Below are positions 36,285 to 50,313 of a stretch of 64,000 nucleotides of DNA, piece by piece. Under the pieces are notes generated by a model. The model worked only from the letters and a program-made list of their open reading frames with translations, made no database searches and was not told the origin of the DNA. A program made the translations under genes and the position numbers. Numbering within the stretch: position 1 is the first letter of the stretch; each line of letters begins with the position of its first letter. The stretch covers positions 14,158,567-14,222,566 of the forward strand of contig CM120644.1 in assembly GCA_051362555.1 (NCBI GenBank), read 5' to 3'. Origin of the DNA: Lingula anatina. Its lineage: Eukaryota > Animalia > Brachiopoda.

Positions 36285-39053
36285 TAACACTACTGTATCC
36301 ATCACATGTTACATGAAGTTATCGCCCTGAGTTTCAGAGCACTGTCGATTATCCTCTTCTTTTAACCACACTCTCACCTATGGTAATGGCACACATACAG
36401 CGTACATGTACATATAGGTGCACGGGTTTTGGAAGAAAACGTCATTATAAACTCTATGAAAACCAGGGTGAAATCATGCAGACACAAGCGAAGCAGCCCC
36501 CTTGCTCGTCAGTGATCTGCTCAATTATAGAGCTGTCATTGAATTAAACCGGGCAAATGCGGGATCGACCCTTTACTATATCGATCTGGGTAGCGCCAGG
36601 CCGGGTGGATAACAACGTCCTCCGGAGGGCCAGTTCACATGTCATTGGTTTGAATTGGCTTTGAACCGGTCTTAGGTCACAATTTGAAGGTTAGTGGCTA
36701 CTAAGCCGATTCAAACTTTCTTTCTTTTCATTTTTCTTGCCCATATTAAAAAAATGGAAAGATACTTCTAATTTGAGTAAATCCAAACTTATGTATATCA
36801 GTCATAGACACTTTCGTCTCTCTGACCAGTTCTCGCTGCTACTGCTGCTATCACTCAAGATGTTCCTTCCTCCCTATTCTCTCTTCAAAGAAAACAATAT
36901 TAGGAGCAAACGAGAAAAAAATGAGCATTTTTCTAGCCCTGTGCCCTAAGTGTTGCTATAAAATCGTCCCCGGTTGTATGATGCTTAATATTTGCCGAAC
37001 ATTGCCAGTTTTTTCAATCAATAGAGCACAGATACGAGGTTTGAAATTCGCGGGATTCTGCGAGATTTCGTCATTTTCGGGGACGTGTAAGATGATGCCC
37101 AAAGTTCGGGCGGTTTAATCAACAGTGACTACAGCTGTCAACATGATTTTCTGCATCGTTTTGGGTGTATTCACCGAAGTGGCAAATGGGAAAGACTGTA
37201 TCGGTAGATTTGACAAGCATAATAACGAACTTCTAAACAAGATGTCAAGGCTGTCCCCGGAAGTGGGTAGGTTACGCAATAAAGTCGAAATATTCGCAGT
37301 ATTATCGCGTACGTGCAAACAAGGCTAGCTTCGATGCCTTATTAAGCGCAACCCCTTGGCGCCACCTCATTTCTAGCACTACACATGTACCTGGGTAAAC
37401 CACTGCATAGAGGGCTACTAGAGCGGCGGCTTAGGTGCACCGTCTCCAACACGAGTGCTGCAGAGTTCACTGAATCAGTCAAGATCCCGAATCGATATCG
37501 ATAAATAGAATGTGAACGAGGCCGGTAAGCTTCAGGGAAAAAATCAGTGTGCAAATCCTTCTAGCAGAGACTCAGTTGGCCTTGAATCCCTTGCACAGGA
37601 ACATACAACACCGGTAAGTGTGCTTAGCCCCCTCATAATTATATAGCTTATTTTCCACACTTTTCTTGTTATGAAATACGGTACGATGTTCCGATACAAA
37701 CCAGAGCGGTCGCCGCCCTGCGTGTGTTCGTTGGCAGATGGCGATTATCTGCTGAAGCCGTTGTGTTTAACGCTTTGTGTGTTAGTACATATAACACAGA
37801 TTAAAAAGGAAGCCAGCGCGGTCTTTGTTACCAGGGGCGGTCTGACTCTTCCCGCGGTAAGTATTATTATGAAAAAAAATGTCCGTGGTACCATGTAGTA
37901 CTAGCACGGCCAGTTAGCGCTGGACGATATATTAACATGCGGCTAGCCTCGGCAACCGAAAGTCAGAGGCAACATTTCTGTCGTTAATGACAGTTGCTAT
38001 GGCAGTCACCGGCTTACACGTTTCTAAGACAATGGGTGTTGTGTTGTGGTAATTAACAGGAGAGACGCTTGATATTTGTGTAAAAGGTAAGGTTGACTGA
38101 AGCTTAACGGTGTATATAAGTGCAAGTTGTTGCGTAAATACCTGCGTGCAATGGCAATTTTTCCGAGGTGTAAACGGAGATCACGCTAACGACCACCGAC
38201 TACGAGTATATAATAGGTGCATAAAAATATCTAAATAAATCCAGGTTTAATTTCTCTTTTCCCTCTGTCCCTCCGCCTGGGGAAAGATGGTAATGATGGT
38301 AGACTGAGAGGAGTAACCTTTCGATTTCATTAAAAGCGATATATAGTTGCTTGTTTAATACAGAAATGACCTGATCTCTGCTTTTCTCCTCCTTGCTCTC
38401 TTCCTACCCCCTCTCTCCCTCTCTCCCTGTCTTCTGTCACCCTCGTCTCTTTCCCCTCTCTCTCTAACCCTGTCTTTCTCCTTCCTTCTCTCCTCCTACC
38501 CACCTCTCTCTCTCTCTCTCTCTCCATCCACCCCTTCCTTCCTATCTCACTCTGCCCTTCACTAAAAAAATGTCCACTGTATCTCTTCATCTCTCTACAA
38601 AGCTTGCGCTTAAAGGGAGGTATGACGGGGGTGATGGATCGGTCAGATGTCCGAAAACAATAAATGTCGCATTCCTTACGTTTCAACTTTGAAGCGGGAC
38701 GTGAAATATCATCCCGTGACCGCTGTACACAGAAAGAACAGAGAATAGTGGATGGGCAGTTGTGCTTAGGATCTAAGAGGTGTGTGTATAGACAGTGCAA
38801 TATCTACAGATTGTACTTAAACGTCTAAATGGCGTTGACTGACGGTAGATTAAATTTTTCTATTGATTTAGCCAGATCATACTAAATGGGAACTCTACAT
38901 TTTTCTCCCAAATGTTATACCCCACACCCTTCACTGTGTAGTAGCCCTCTACTAAATAGGTTATCATTTATAATACTGCTGCTCATTATTTTAAATTTTA
39001 CATTTGTAGCTAGCGCACGCCCTGATGCAGGGCCTTTAACTGTAAAAAAAAAA

Positions 39054-39134
<81 letters not shown>

Positions 39135-39267
39135 TTTTGAGTGAAAAAATAGTCCGGTGGTGTCTTTCAGACCGATACCAAGTCAGGTCGCTCTCTGTCT
39201 GACCACACGGTTAACCCGCAGGACTGGACATCTTCATATTAGCCGGCTAATCGCCAGTTTGCTGGCC

Positions 39268-39499
39268 TATAAAACACAGAGCCCGATAAAAGATTTTGAA
39301 ATTCGTTCCGATCAGTGTGAAGGAGTACACAGGGCGTTCACTTACCTGCGCGAGAGGAGTTGTTTTATTAACGGAGCTCGTTTTAGGAGTTAACGTATTG
39401 GAGACACTTGAGTTAATATTTTTCTCCTACCAGTGAAAGGTTGAGAGTGCGTGTCAGTGCTTGAAGATATACACGCTCGGCGCGTGCTAGGAGTCTAAG
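39268..39499 (+). promoter_or_regulatory. Candidate TATA promoter and non-coding exon upstream of neurexin (alternative candidate: Inr TCAGTT at 37572 with donor at 37614)
   Basis: TATAAAA at 39268 and donor AAG|gtatgc at 39500. Motif evidence only. Confidence 0.3.
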
Positions 39500-40443
39500 G
39501 TATGCACGGTAGGTTCCTTGTGGAGTCTTTTAAGACAAGATAAGATGAGATAAAGTCTGCATGTGTTATTTCATTCGCATTTTTAAAACGGACCATGTCA
39601 AATAAGATAAAACGCAGTCTTACTCATTGTCTGTAAAATGTATAACCGAGAGAAGCAAAAATTGGCACCTAGGCAACGAAAAATATATAGAAAAAAAATG
39701 CATTAGTATCGAGTGTCTCAGAAATATTTATATTTAAAATACAGACAGGACATGTAGCGTTCATATAGTGAAAAATATAGCTTATATTTGACCTCAAACG
39801 GATCAAATTCAGCATTAATAATAGAGGATAAGTACATTTTTTATGCGCATGTGAAATATGAGAAACAAAACACCGGGTATGTCAAAGCTTTTCATGCCCA
39901 GTGTAAATCAACGCGCAGGTATGCGTTAAAGAAACAAAGAAGACTACAGTAAGTGCTATCATTTTCTGGAGACTGCAGACGCGGGATTGGAATCTTAACA
40001 GATTAAATGACCTCCAACAAAATCACCCCTTTTTTTAGACTACAGGGACAGCTAGCCTGGCCGTAATCAAATATAAATTTCCATGACTATCAAAATGTCT
40101 TGCCAAGGATGATTAATATGGTTTAACACGAGAACAATATGTCTCATTTTTTTTACCCCAGGCTCAGTACTGTGTTTTAGTGGTCGAGTTATCAACATTA
40201 GGGGATTCAAAATGCGATGATCTATAGCTTGTCATATAATCATAATAATGACAATTTGTTTTAATACTATGCTCTACATTTGCCTCAGAGCTGTACAATA
40301 CAGATATTTTATGATAAAAACACTGAAATTCTGCAATATTACCGACTACAATTACTAGATTTACACCAAAAATCAATCGAAAAACGGACTAAAGTGCGTA
40401 AAATACACAAATGTGTAGGTTCGACAACCCTGTGAGTGTGTTA

Positions 40444-40644
40444 GACTGGGTTCCCATGCCTAGGTCGATCCATGTGGATCGGTCTAACTCCCTGGTCACG
40501 CCTACCGAATCAGCTAGGGTAAAGGTAATTACTCCCTAACAGCTTTACTAGGCGTGACAGACATTTAAGCCGGTTAAGTTGATTGCAATTTAGTGAAACT
40601 CCGCAGGGAGATAGATCGATCCAAATATCTGTGGGAATGGTCCC
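40444..40644 (+). mobile_element. MITE, GATCGATC family (mosaic/deleted)
   Basis: TTA TSD; gactgggttcccatgcc ... gggaatggtccc. Confidence 0.75.
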
Positions 40645-43600
40645 TTAATCCCCGTGCTTCTCCCGTGCCTTCCAACCCTGATTTTCGGAGTCAATTCGAA
40701 GCTAATATGCTCCTCCAACGTCAGTGTGTCTCGTTAGTTACTGTTATCGGCTACCAGTGGAATACTTCCAGTGCTATCTGATGCTCAGGGTGATTCTTTC
40801 CCGACGTGTTCCGTAAACCGGTGTGACAGGAATGATATAGACCGCTAGGAACCGTAGTCCCTACCCCATTACTTAATACAGGTGACTTTCGTCCCATATA
40901 CGAACCCCAATACTCTAACCCTGTAGCCTGTACTAATCACATGGGATCCCGGACTCTCATTCCTAAGACTACCATTTCTGAGACACATCGACCCTCTATC
41001 AAATTAAACTGTCGCTTCAGACCATTATATAGGCTCCCTACCACAAAAAAGACAGATCGATTAGAGCAAGTTTTCAAAAAGAAAAAAAAATGAGAGGGTT
41101 AGAAGATTTTCTGGTTATCGGAAGTTAACGGGAAGTCGTCTTTTTAACCAGCATGCCATTTTAGGTGTACCACAGGTGAGTGTCCAGAGACCTCAGAAAT
41201 ACAGGATGTGAAAAGTTGGCTAATTTCATTATTTGCCTCGTTCCCCTGTGGACAAACGCCAGCAAAAGACGCAATCTTATAGCATTGATTGCTATGTTTC
41301 CTTCCAATTTCATGCCAATTTAGATGTACGAGCATTTAATCATTATTTGTGTAACAGTCTGTTCATATCTCTGCAGTTTATCTAAATGTGTTGTTTTAGG
41401 TAGCTCTGATACCCATATTACACACCCTGGATAACACATCGTAGTGGCTCTGTCAGTTCTCCGGTCTAATATTTAGGTTTGGCAATGAGACCCACTTGGT
41501 TTCTGTGCATGTGGTCCGAAGACCCATGCATTTCACCCATGTCTATGTTACTGTTGTTATTGAGATAAGCAGTTTGGCTGTATAGCAGGTGATCATTAAC
41601 ATTTTACTCTAAGGAGATTTTGATTCCACTAATTGACAGTGCTGAGAAACAGAACAATATCTCGAAACTCGCGGCGATATCCAAAATATGGGAACCCTGA
41701 ATACATTACAGCATCACCGGAACCCGCCTTTAATAATTATTTTTTTCGTGACAATGAGCAATGACGTCCCTAGTTAGTATGTTAATACAGGATATTGCCG
41801 TATTGCATGTACTGAATATTCAAATTTTCTTTTTCGGCTTAATTTATAATAATATTAATAATGGTAATTTTATTGAGCACAGACACGTTTTACATTTAAA
41901 GGCTCTCTAAATACTACAAGTAAGAAATACAGTGTTATAAAACATACGTTATAAGGAGATACAGGTAAATACAGGTAAATCTGACGCTAATCATTAGCTT
42001 TTTAACATATCCTTAGTAACAAAATTTGCTTTATCAGTCCCATATCTTTATACAGTTAGGACGATTTGCGGATTCGCCAAAATACATATAATCATAGAAC
42101 AGAACAAAAAAGTATTTATATAATTTTTCCAAATCATATTGGTAATCACAAATTTGTCCTACAATTTCCGTATCGGATCGGCAATGGCTGTGGCTGATTA
42201 TAACACTGTTCTAGGTTGATTTAGATTGCCTAATAGTAACATGCTCAGAATTCTGTCCAAATGTAATATTAACAAAAAACCAAATGAAATATTAACAAAA
42301 CACCACTCACGATACCATTACATGTATATAAGTTTCGGGGAAGTTAGTCCGTTTAGAAAATTGATAGGACTACTTTTTTCAACAGCATATTAGCAACGTT
42401 TCCAGAATTATATAGAAATCACCTGGGGTAGCAATAACAATATTGGCTGCGAGATAAACGGTTTGATATAAACAACACTGACATTTGAACTTCATCTTTC
42501 AGGGTAGCGGGGCAGGAAAATCATCGTGGGGCTTGAAACAGACAATCTGCTCAGCCAGGTCTGGATAACTTCTGAAACCAGAATCCAAGATTGATTGATT
42601 TTTGACACAGCGCAGCCTCAACTCTTATTTAACAGCGCAGATAATTTACAGGGAACTGCCCATTAGTATACTATCACGCGGGACTAATACGGGCAAATTT
42701 TCCTCAGCGTGCTCTTTCATCCAAGCGTTAAAGTGTGTGTTGGGCATCGAGTGTGAGTTACATGTGGCTTTCCATTTCGTAAACAATTTCTACAAACTAC
42801 CACTGGGGAATTCAGACTGTTTACTCTCTCTCCCTCTCTCTCTCTATCTCTCTCACTCTCTCTGACACACAAAACCAAGGGTTATTGCTGACACGTTGCA
42901 GTTCTGCGATTATTCAACGGCGTATAAAATTGATAAGGACCAGGGCATTTCGTGGGCGAGCAACTAACCAGCACTGGGAATTATCTGCTCCACACTATCT
43001 CTCAACCAAGTGAAGTTTGTCGGTTAATCAATGTTGTCAATGACAAATATTACAGTGAAATGCCCATTGCCAAGCGAACCGAGAGTTTCTGAGAATTTTC
43101 ACGCGATTCCACGGTGTTGGATTAGATTTTACAGAGACCTGACCACTGCTGTACGGTTTTTATATATTTGTGACAGTTGTGATTTACTTTGAGGAGTCCA
43201 GTGTTGCTTAATTTCCACATACCATCGAGGCATAAACACCATTCCAGGCGTATTTAACGGTACTAATACACGAGTTGCGTGTACGCAGTCATTTCCGTGG
43301 ACCGCTTTTAATGCTGATTGGTTTTCGCATACAATTGGATGGTTTCCACAATTAACCAACGGTTGTAGTAAGACAAAGACAGTAGCCGCCTGTCCAGTTA
43401 GGTGATTCATAACCACTCGCGTCGCAGAGTATTATTCAATAGTGTCCTTGCAGTGGCCTGGGAACGGCGGGATGATTCTTCAGTTCTTTGGGAGCGGAGA
43501 GAAGGGAATGCTGTGACTAAATAAAAGATAACGTGCTCTGGATTTTGTTGCCAAATAAGGCTGTGAAGTGTCGGTGGGGACAGTGTGAATAACTGTCAGC

Positions 43601-43801
43601 TTTGACTTTGGAGTGCAATTGAATCTACTTTTTTGAGAGACGCTGGAAATAACCAACGGGTTGGCCACACAACAAGCTCGGACTAAGCACAGTCGCAAAG
43701 AGATCAAAACAGCACAAAAAAACGCGCTGTGCGGTTATTTCAAGGATATTCCATATCTAAAAAAGTGGGAGAGTCGTAATAGAAAGAAGACATAAAAAAC
43801 A

Positions 43802-44534
43802 ATGTGGGATGCCATAATCAAAATAACGGCCTTTTTAGTGACCTTTGCCCTTCGTAATGCCCGCGGGTATACCATTGGTATAACATCACAGGCTTCTTAT
43901 GCCAAATACACTAAGTGGAACCCCTGCCCGGATGGGTCTTTGAAATTTGAATTCAAAACCCAAGAACCGGATGGCCTACTCGTTTATTTGGACGACGGCG
44001 GGAGTCTCGACTTCATTGAGGTGAAACTGGTCGATGGAGCGTTACAATTTCGATATAACATGGGCGAAGGCGTGGCCACAGAAATTAACCTGGGCGGAAA
44101 CCTTAACGACGATGCCTGGCACTCGGTTCAAATAGAGAGACAAGATGGCGCCGTTCAGTTGGTGTTGGACGCTGAGAGAACATCAAAATCGGTTCCTAAT
44201 GACAAGCCGCAATTTGGTGAATTGGAAGGAAACAGTTTTCTGTACATAGCTGGACTTCCGGTCCATTTTAAAAGTGACTTGAGGTCTCTCGCCCTCCCAT
44301 CTGCAGCCTTCGAATCGCCCTTTGCAGGAAGCATTAGGAATTTGCTGTATTCAAATTGCTCCAAAGCGTTTGGGAGTCCAATACTTCTTGATTCCGTTGG
44401 CATTGAGAAGGACGTTTCTGACCCATGCTCCAGCAAAAACGTGTGTATGAACAATGGGACGTGTCTTGTCACGGATACTGGCGCCATCTGCGACTGTTCA
44501 GCGATCAATTTTGAGGGAGAGTTTTGCGAAAAAG
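43802..44534 (+). CDS. NRXN: Alpha-neurexin-like first coding exon (signal peptide + LamG/LNS1 + EGF1); rest of the gene not seen in this window
   Basis: SYAKYTKWNPC..GSLKFEFKT.EPDGLLVYLDDGG..DFIEVKLVDG.LQFRYNMG, LNDDAWHSV, LYIAGLP, LALPS, F.GSIRNL, then EGF (CSSKNVCMNNGTCLVTDTGAICDCSAINFEGEFCEK). Phase-1 donor G|gtgaga. Confidence 0.87.
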
Positions 44535-47256
44535 GTGAGATTCTGTTGAAATTTTGTTACTGCTTTGCCCTTCCCCCCCTCACCCCCCCCCCCCCCACAC
44601 ACACACATATGCCAAATGCGTATTATCTCTTGTATTAAAACCCTTCTAGCTGCACTTAGTGCAATTTTATATCTTCGACTTTCCTTTTTTTTTACTTTCT
44701 TTCTCCTATTAAAAGAAAAATGTAATGGATAGCATACTTTGTACATGTACTTAGATATAAAGTATTTTCCCCAACATATGAAAACACTACAGAAAATCAT
44801 CATTTCACTGTCGAATCCACGGTTTTGCTAAAGGGAAGGGGCCAGTAAAATATCTTTTTGCCTTGCTCATTTGGCAAGTAAACATTTGGCGAATATAATT
44901 TTAGAATAATATGTAAGGTACGGGGAATTCCAAGTTACCTGTTTATTTTTTTGTCTCTCGATACCTTTTTCTTTTGGGATGGAAAAAGGGGGTGACTCAG
45001 ATTTTTGTTTGCGATGGGGGGGGTGGGGGGCGGAAGGGGGGGGGGCAGATAGCCCGCTCTCCATAGATTCTCCATTTCGCATTTGGACACAGGATTGGAT
45101 ATGACCCAAAAAGCAAACTCCCTAAGCTAAAACATCAAAGGAAATTGATGAGGGTAATCGCTGGTACAAAAAGATCTGCTTGGTTCGGCAAACTGCAATC
45201 AAGATGCACTTTGACAATCAATCTTGGTTCAAATAAGTGCAGAAAACGGAGTTTAATGTGAACAATATCCTTACCAGTACGTTCTCAGAGTTACTATTGA
45301 TTTAGATCTAAAGTGCATTTGCAACAAATTGAAGCACGCAAATGAATGGCAATTCCAATATAAGTTGTGTGCGTTTTCAAGTAAGTCTGTCTTGGATTGT
45401 TCAACTTTTTTTTCCATTTTGACGTGCCAATTAATTCAACACAAGGGTTTTAGGAATAGATGCGCATGTAGTAGACTGCATTTTAAAAAGATGCCATTTA
45501 TCAATGTCAATAAATTCCCAAAGGCATACTGTGCACGGAAGGCCCTTACATAACAAAAAAGAAATGAGTAATATGTCAACAATTTCCTTTATCCCCGCTG
45601 AGAAAATTAATATACCTGGAATATTCAGTTTTGCTACATAAGGGAGTAGATTTCAGTGTGTATATTTAAGCAAGCACAGTAGTGCCATAATGAGCACAAT
45701 TGGGGCTCATTCACAATGAAACTATCGTTCTCTGTAGATCGCAGATACATGTACTGTTAGTCTGTGTGTGCGTTGATAGAAAGAAAGATCGATAGATGGG
45801 TCCTTCAGGTTGAAAAGCACCTCCATTTAAGAAGTGGCCTGCCCATTCGATTATAATCACAATTATCACCAAAACATTCGTTGATAAATGCGAGTCGAGA
45901 CTACTTGTGTCCATCAAGAATTACTGGAAACTCACTTTTATCTTCAGCATCTTAGTGATACTACATGTATTATTACGGCTTCTCTGCTGTTACGGCCAGT
46001 TTAGACAGAGAGGTGCGTGATGCAGAGAGAGAGAGACCCGAGTTCCTACTAAATTTGTGAGATTCTCGACTCGCCCTGGGTTTCATAGGTTATTGAAAAA
46101 TCTCACTGTGCAGAAGTTTACTGGTGAGCTGCTCTCCGAAACTCGTTTTTTTTTTCTTTTTTTTTGTCTCAACCCAGCGATGGTCATGACGACTACCGTT
46201 TGCTTGCAAGATCCCCTCAGAAACAATTTGCTCCTTTGCCATGATTCAGATATATGAAGCTCTGGATGTGAAGGTAATACACCAGGCGTATTGATCGAAT
46301 GCTTACAAAGCGTCAAATTGACTGAAAACAAATACGTTTTGTCATTAAGGAAGGGATGAGGTAATCAAATGAGCGTCTTGTGTTCGTCAAAATTAGCGCA
46401 AGGGATAATTGCCGTCTGAGCAAGAACCCATTTTTACGAGAAGATTTTACAGAAGAGTGCAGTCCACTGTATGAAATATAAGCGGCAAAGTAGTTCTGAC
46501 ACTAGCAGTCGTACCTGATAAATAAAGGCTTTATGTATATTTTTCCCTCAATAAATGGGCGTGTACTTTTAAATGGAAAACGAGTGGATATACATGATGA
46601 TTTGTTAACAATGGCAAATATATTTGAAGTTGCAAAATACCATTATAATTGTTATCATGCTCATTAATAATAACCAATAACCTAAAATTAATACAATTAT
46701 GATTATCATTATTATTCAATATTAGCGGACTATGTTCTTTATCGTTTTTTGAAGCCCCACCATTGCTGCATTTTGCGTATCTAATTATAAGAGTATAATA
46801 TGTAAATCCAGCATATCGATATTACTTTTCAATCTTCGTCATTTGTCATTTCAGCTTCACTGCAGTCCTTCACTGTGGTTTTTACCACTCCTATGCCATC
46901 CTCATCTACATCCAAGCCAGTGACAGAGGCTCGCGAACTCGTTGACGCAACGACGCCAGTTGGGGGGTCGGGATCCACAAACGGCGCCAACTCTACAATA
47001 GGTCAGTCTACCCTTAAGTGTTGTAACCATGGCAACCGAAAGTGATACAAAGTATCGATTATGTTGGTTCGGGGCTATAATGAACAAATACACAAATTTT
47101 TAATCAAAATCTGAAAGGGTCATTTGCCATTCTATTCTGAATATTACAGAGAGTGGTATTTTCCTCTTGTGAGACTTTGCATAGGCTTGTCCGACTGGGT
47201 TGGGAGGGGATCCTTTATCCAAACTTTAAAAAGGAAAAGGCCAATATAAGACATTA

Positions 47257-47390
47257 TACTACTGCCAGTACTTCTACCACTACTGCTGCTACTACTACTA
47301 TATCTGCTGCTCCTACTACATGTACTACTGCTATTGCTGCCACTACTGCTACTGCTGCTACCTACCTACTTCTACTACTACTACTACTAT
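47257..47390. repeat. (ACT/GCT)n trinucleotide low-complexity tract
   Basis: Direct observation. Confidence 0.85.
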
Positions 47391-50313
47391 ACGGTAGGGC
47401 CTACTATTACTTTAGTATTATTAGGGAGGGAGTTAAAAAAAGGCCCTCCCGGTTTGTGATTCCCCTCCTTGAACACCGAGAGTTTCTTGTTTTCAGTGCT
47501 GTTAAGCTAAAGCCCGTAGAAATCATTTTATTTTTAAGATATGAGTTGAAAACAGCACAAACACATTTCATAGTAAAAACGAGAATCCGTACATGCATTC
47601 GTCCAGATATAATATAGTTATCTTTATATGAAAGCTTTGGCTTGTGATTATGCCGTTAAACCCACTCATGTCGTAGCCATTTTCTATTGATCTCAGCGCC
47701 TTTTATCTGTTTATTGCAACACAAAGCATGTATCATAATGCTTCAAACGGATTAACTTGCAATAATGTCATGTTGCGCGAGACTGAAGAGCACTTTACAG
47801 GCGGGAATATATTACACGAGATCTATACGAATGCAATTTTGTCGCCTTACCTATTGATTAAGTTTTAATTAAAGCTGGTTACCCAATGATTTTTCAGTTC
47901 GACTTATGTTGAAAACGCATTACTGAAAGAATAGTTTTATATTATCGAAAAACTGTGTTTTGCTTTGAAGATCTTTTCAAGAAGGTTACTACGTAGGGAT
48001 ATAGATTTGCAATGCATTTTTTTTTTTTTGCCTTGAAGTGCCTTGCAGCATCCCTGTCGGGGAGAAAAGGAGAATGCTCCAAGTAGTACATTCTCCTGCC
48101 AAAACTCTCAAGAAATATTCATCAGTGATCATCCTTCACACACACACACTCACGCACGCACTCACGCGCATACGCACACACGCACAGTTTTACGTCGCAC
48201 AGAACCTGTCGCGAAATCGAATTTCGGTTCTGCTTGGCTGAGCCGGGGGCAAAAAAAAAAAAAAAAAGACCAGTGTAGATTTTTTTGCGCACCAACTTCA
48301 CAATATTTTTCTTTTCTTCCAGGAAATATCCTCTACTGCATTCTGCTAGCTTCCATTACGTGGAAACTAGAAAGTGGCGACCTCCTTTGAGAAGACGGAA
48401 GACTATGGCCTGATAAGCTGTGCAGCACTGATAGCTATTTAAAGTGGTCCAGTAACTTAACTGTGGGTTACACTGACAGACTGAAAAAATAAACTAAAAA
48501 GAATTTTTTGAAAAAACTAATAGATATAAAGAATAAGGTAAAGAGGAAAGGGGATTATAAAGAAAGATAAATCCCACCGTAGGTCTGAATTGTAAAGATA
48601 TCAGTATTACGCATAAATATAGTGGCACCTTGTATGAAAAAGACTGATAATCTCTGTGTAAAATTCTTTTACGTTGTTGTCGTTGAAGTTAGTAGCACAA
48701 GTACTATGTCCCTGTGTATGTTTAGGGGGGGGGGATTTTTTCTCAGTTTTCGGCCTTTCAACTTAAGTGGTAGCTTGAATAAAAAGTCTATAACGTCATC
48801 AATCTGGTGCGTGTAGCGATGCATTAGCACTTCAAATGCATATTATATACTACAATGTAAAACAGCTAACATGAAAGGCCGAAAACTGAGACAAGGCGGG
48901 CTTGTGGTGCTTCGAAAATTGTCTTAAAATTTTTACCAAAGTATCTTTTAACAAGGTGAGTAAAGTGTCATTAAGGCAAAATACTACCACTTTATGCATA
49001 TTTGTCAGTGGGCCTATTTGCGTCAAAAAATAACGACCCTGATACCTGGGAAAATAGGATGAAAACGGGGAACACATAGTTCGTGAATTAAATAATTAAA
49101 TGCATTTTTATCACCCGTTCTAGTGTTTACAGCCAAATTTCTTCCCCAAAGAACGTATTGCCACTTTAATTCTGTCATTGCTGTTGTTTACAACTTCCTG
49201 GTCGGCCTTAGGCTACCCCCCCCCACCCACCCCCAATAATAAATCCTTGAATCTCTGGACTATGTATAAGAGTCTCTATTAGTATACTTCTGTATCAGAA
49301 GTAATCTTTTACAGTCTTATGTTCCGGGTTCCTGCTACCCTCTGGTATCAGGGCCCAACAAAAATACTACATGAAATCACACTGTGGTGCGCTTTCGACA
49401 ATTTTGTACCAGACAACTAGCGCACCCTGTGGTCAGGCGGTAGGTTCACGTTATATACACAGTTCTTGATGCTAACATATGGCGGCAGGCTGTAACGTGT
49501 CTCCTGTTTCACGATATTTGAGCATGTACAATACTAGTATATCAGTTTGAAAACATTTTATTGAGTTTTTTTTACAATTCTTGATTGTTTCTACATGGAG
49601 CAACCAGATTACAGAGAACAGGTTATTACACGCATATGAATTGAATATGGCTTATAAGTATGACTTTATAATGTTAAAATATACGTACAATAAGAGTAAC
49701 GTCAGTAGTACAGTACATGCAATATGTAAGTTTCCATGTACATAGCGACGGTAGACAAATACATTTAGGGTGCACAGCAGAAAAATAGGAATACTTTACA
49801 TAGCATTTCATTTTGCGCAGTTGAGGAACACTTCCCTTTTTTTTCAGAAGTTTTTATTTACTGTCTATTATCATGAATAAATGGTTATTAATAGTCAATA
49901 TTAGTCCAGAATATTTGGGATTATGATAATTATTTGCAAAATTATGCATCGCCATAAATCTTACTCTTCTAATTAAAAGCCAGTTAAAAAAATCCAGCAG
50001 ATAAAATATAAGTGAACACCACAAAAAATATATTATATATATAAATAAATTCATCCATTCACTATCTATCATGACCTATCATGATGAATAAACAAGAAGT
50101 ACCGAAGGCGTAAGTACTGGAATTGTCATTTGCAAAACATACATCCTCAAAGCCATTTAAAAAGTCTGACTTACAATGAACATCAGCGAAGAGATACAGT
50201 TACATACACTGGTACAATGTACATGCGAGGCCCACACTCACGGAGTGTTATTCCGGGAAACTTTTAAGGCCAAAAACATGTCATATTACAGAGTTACGTC
50301 ATAGAAACACGTT

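Noticed and set aside
41860-42240. Possible degenerate LINE 3' end on the minus strand
   Set aside because: Too decayed to assign from sequence alone.
44155-44508. 117-aa minus-strand ORF (also the plus-strand ORFs at 14365, 17885 and 20728)
   Set aside because: Antisense shadows of real coding exons.
47153-47617. 154-aa Thr/Ala/Leu-rich ORF that looks mucin- or membrane-like
   Set aside because: Derived from an (ACT/GCT)n trinucleotide tract; no neurexin similarity or convincing splice sites.
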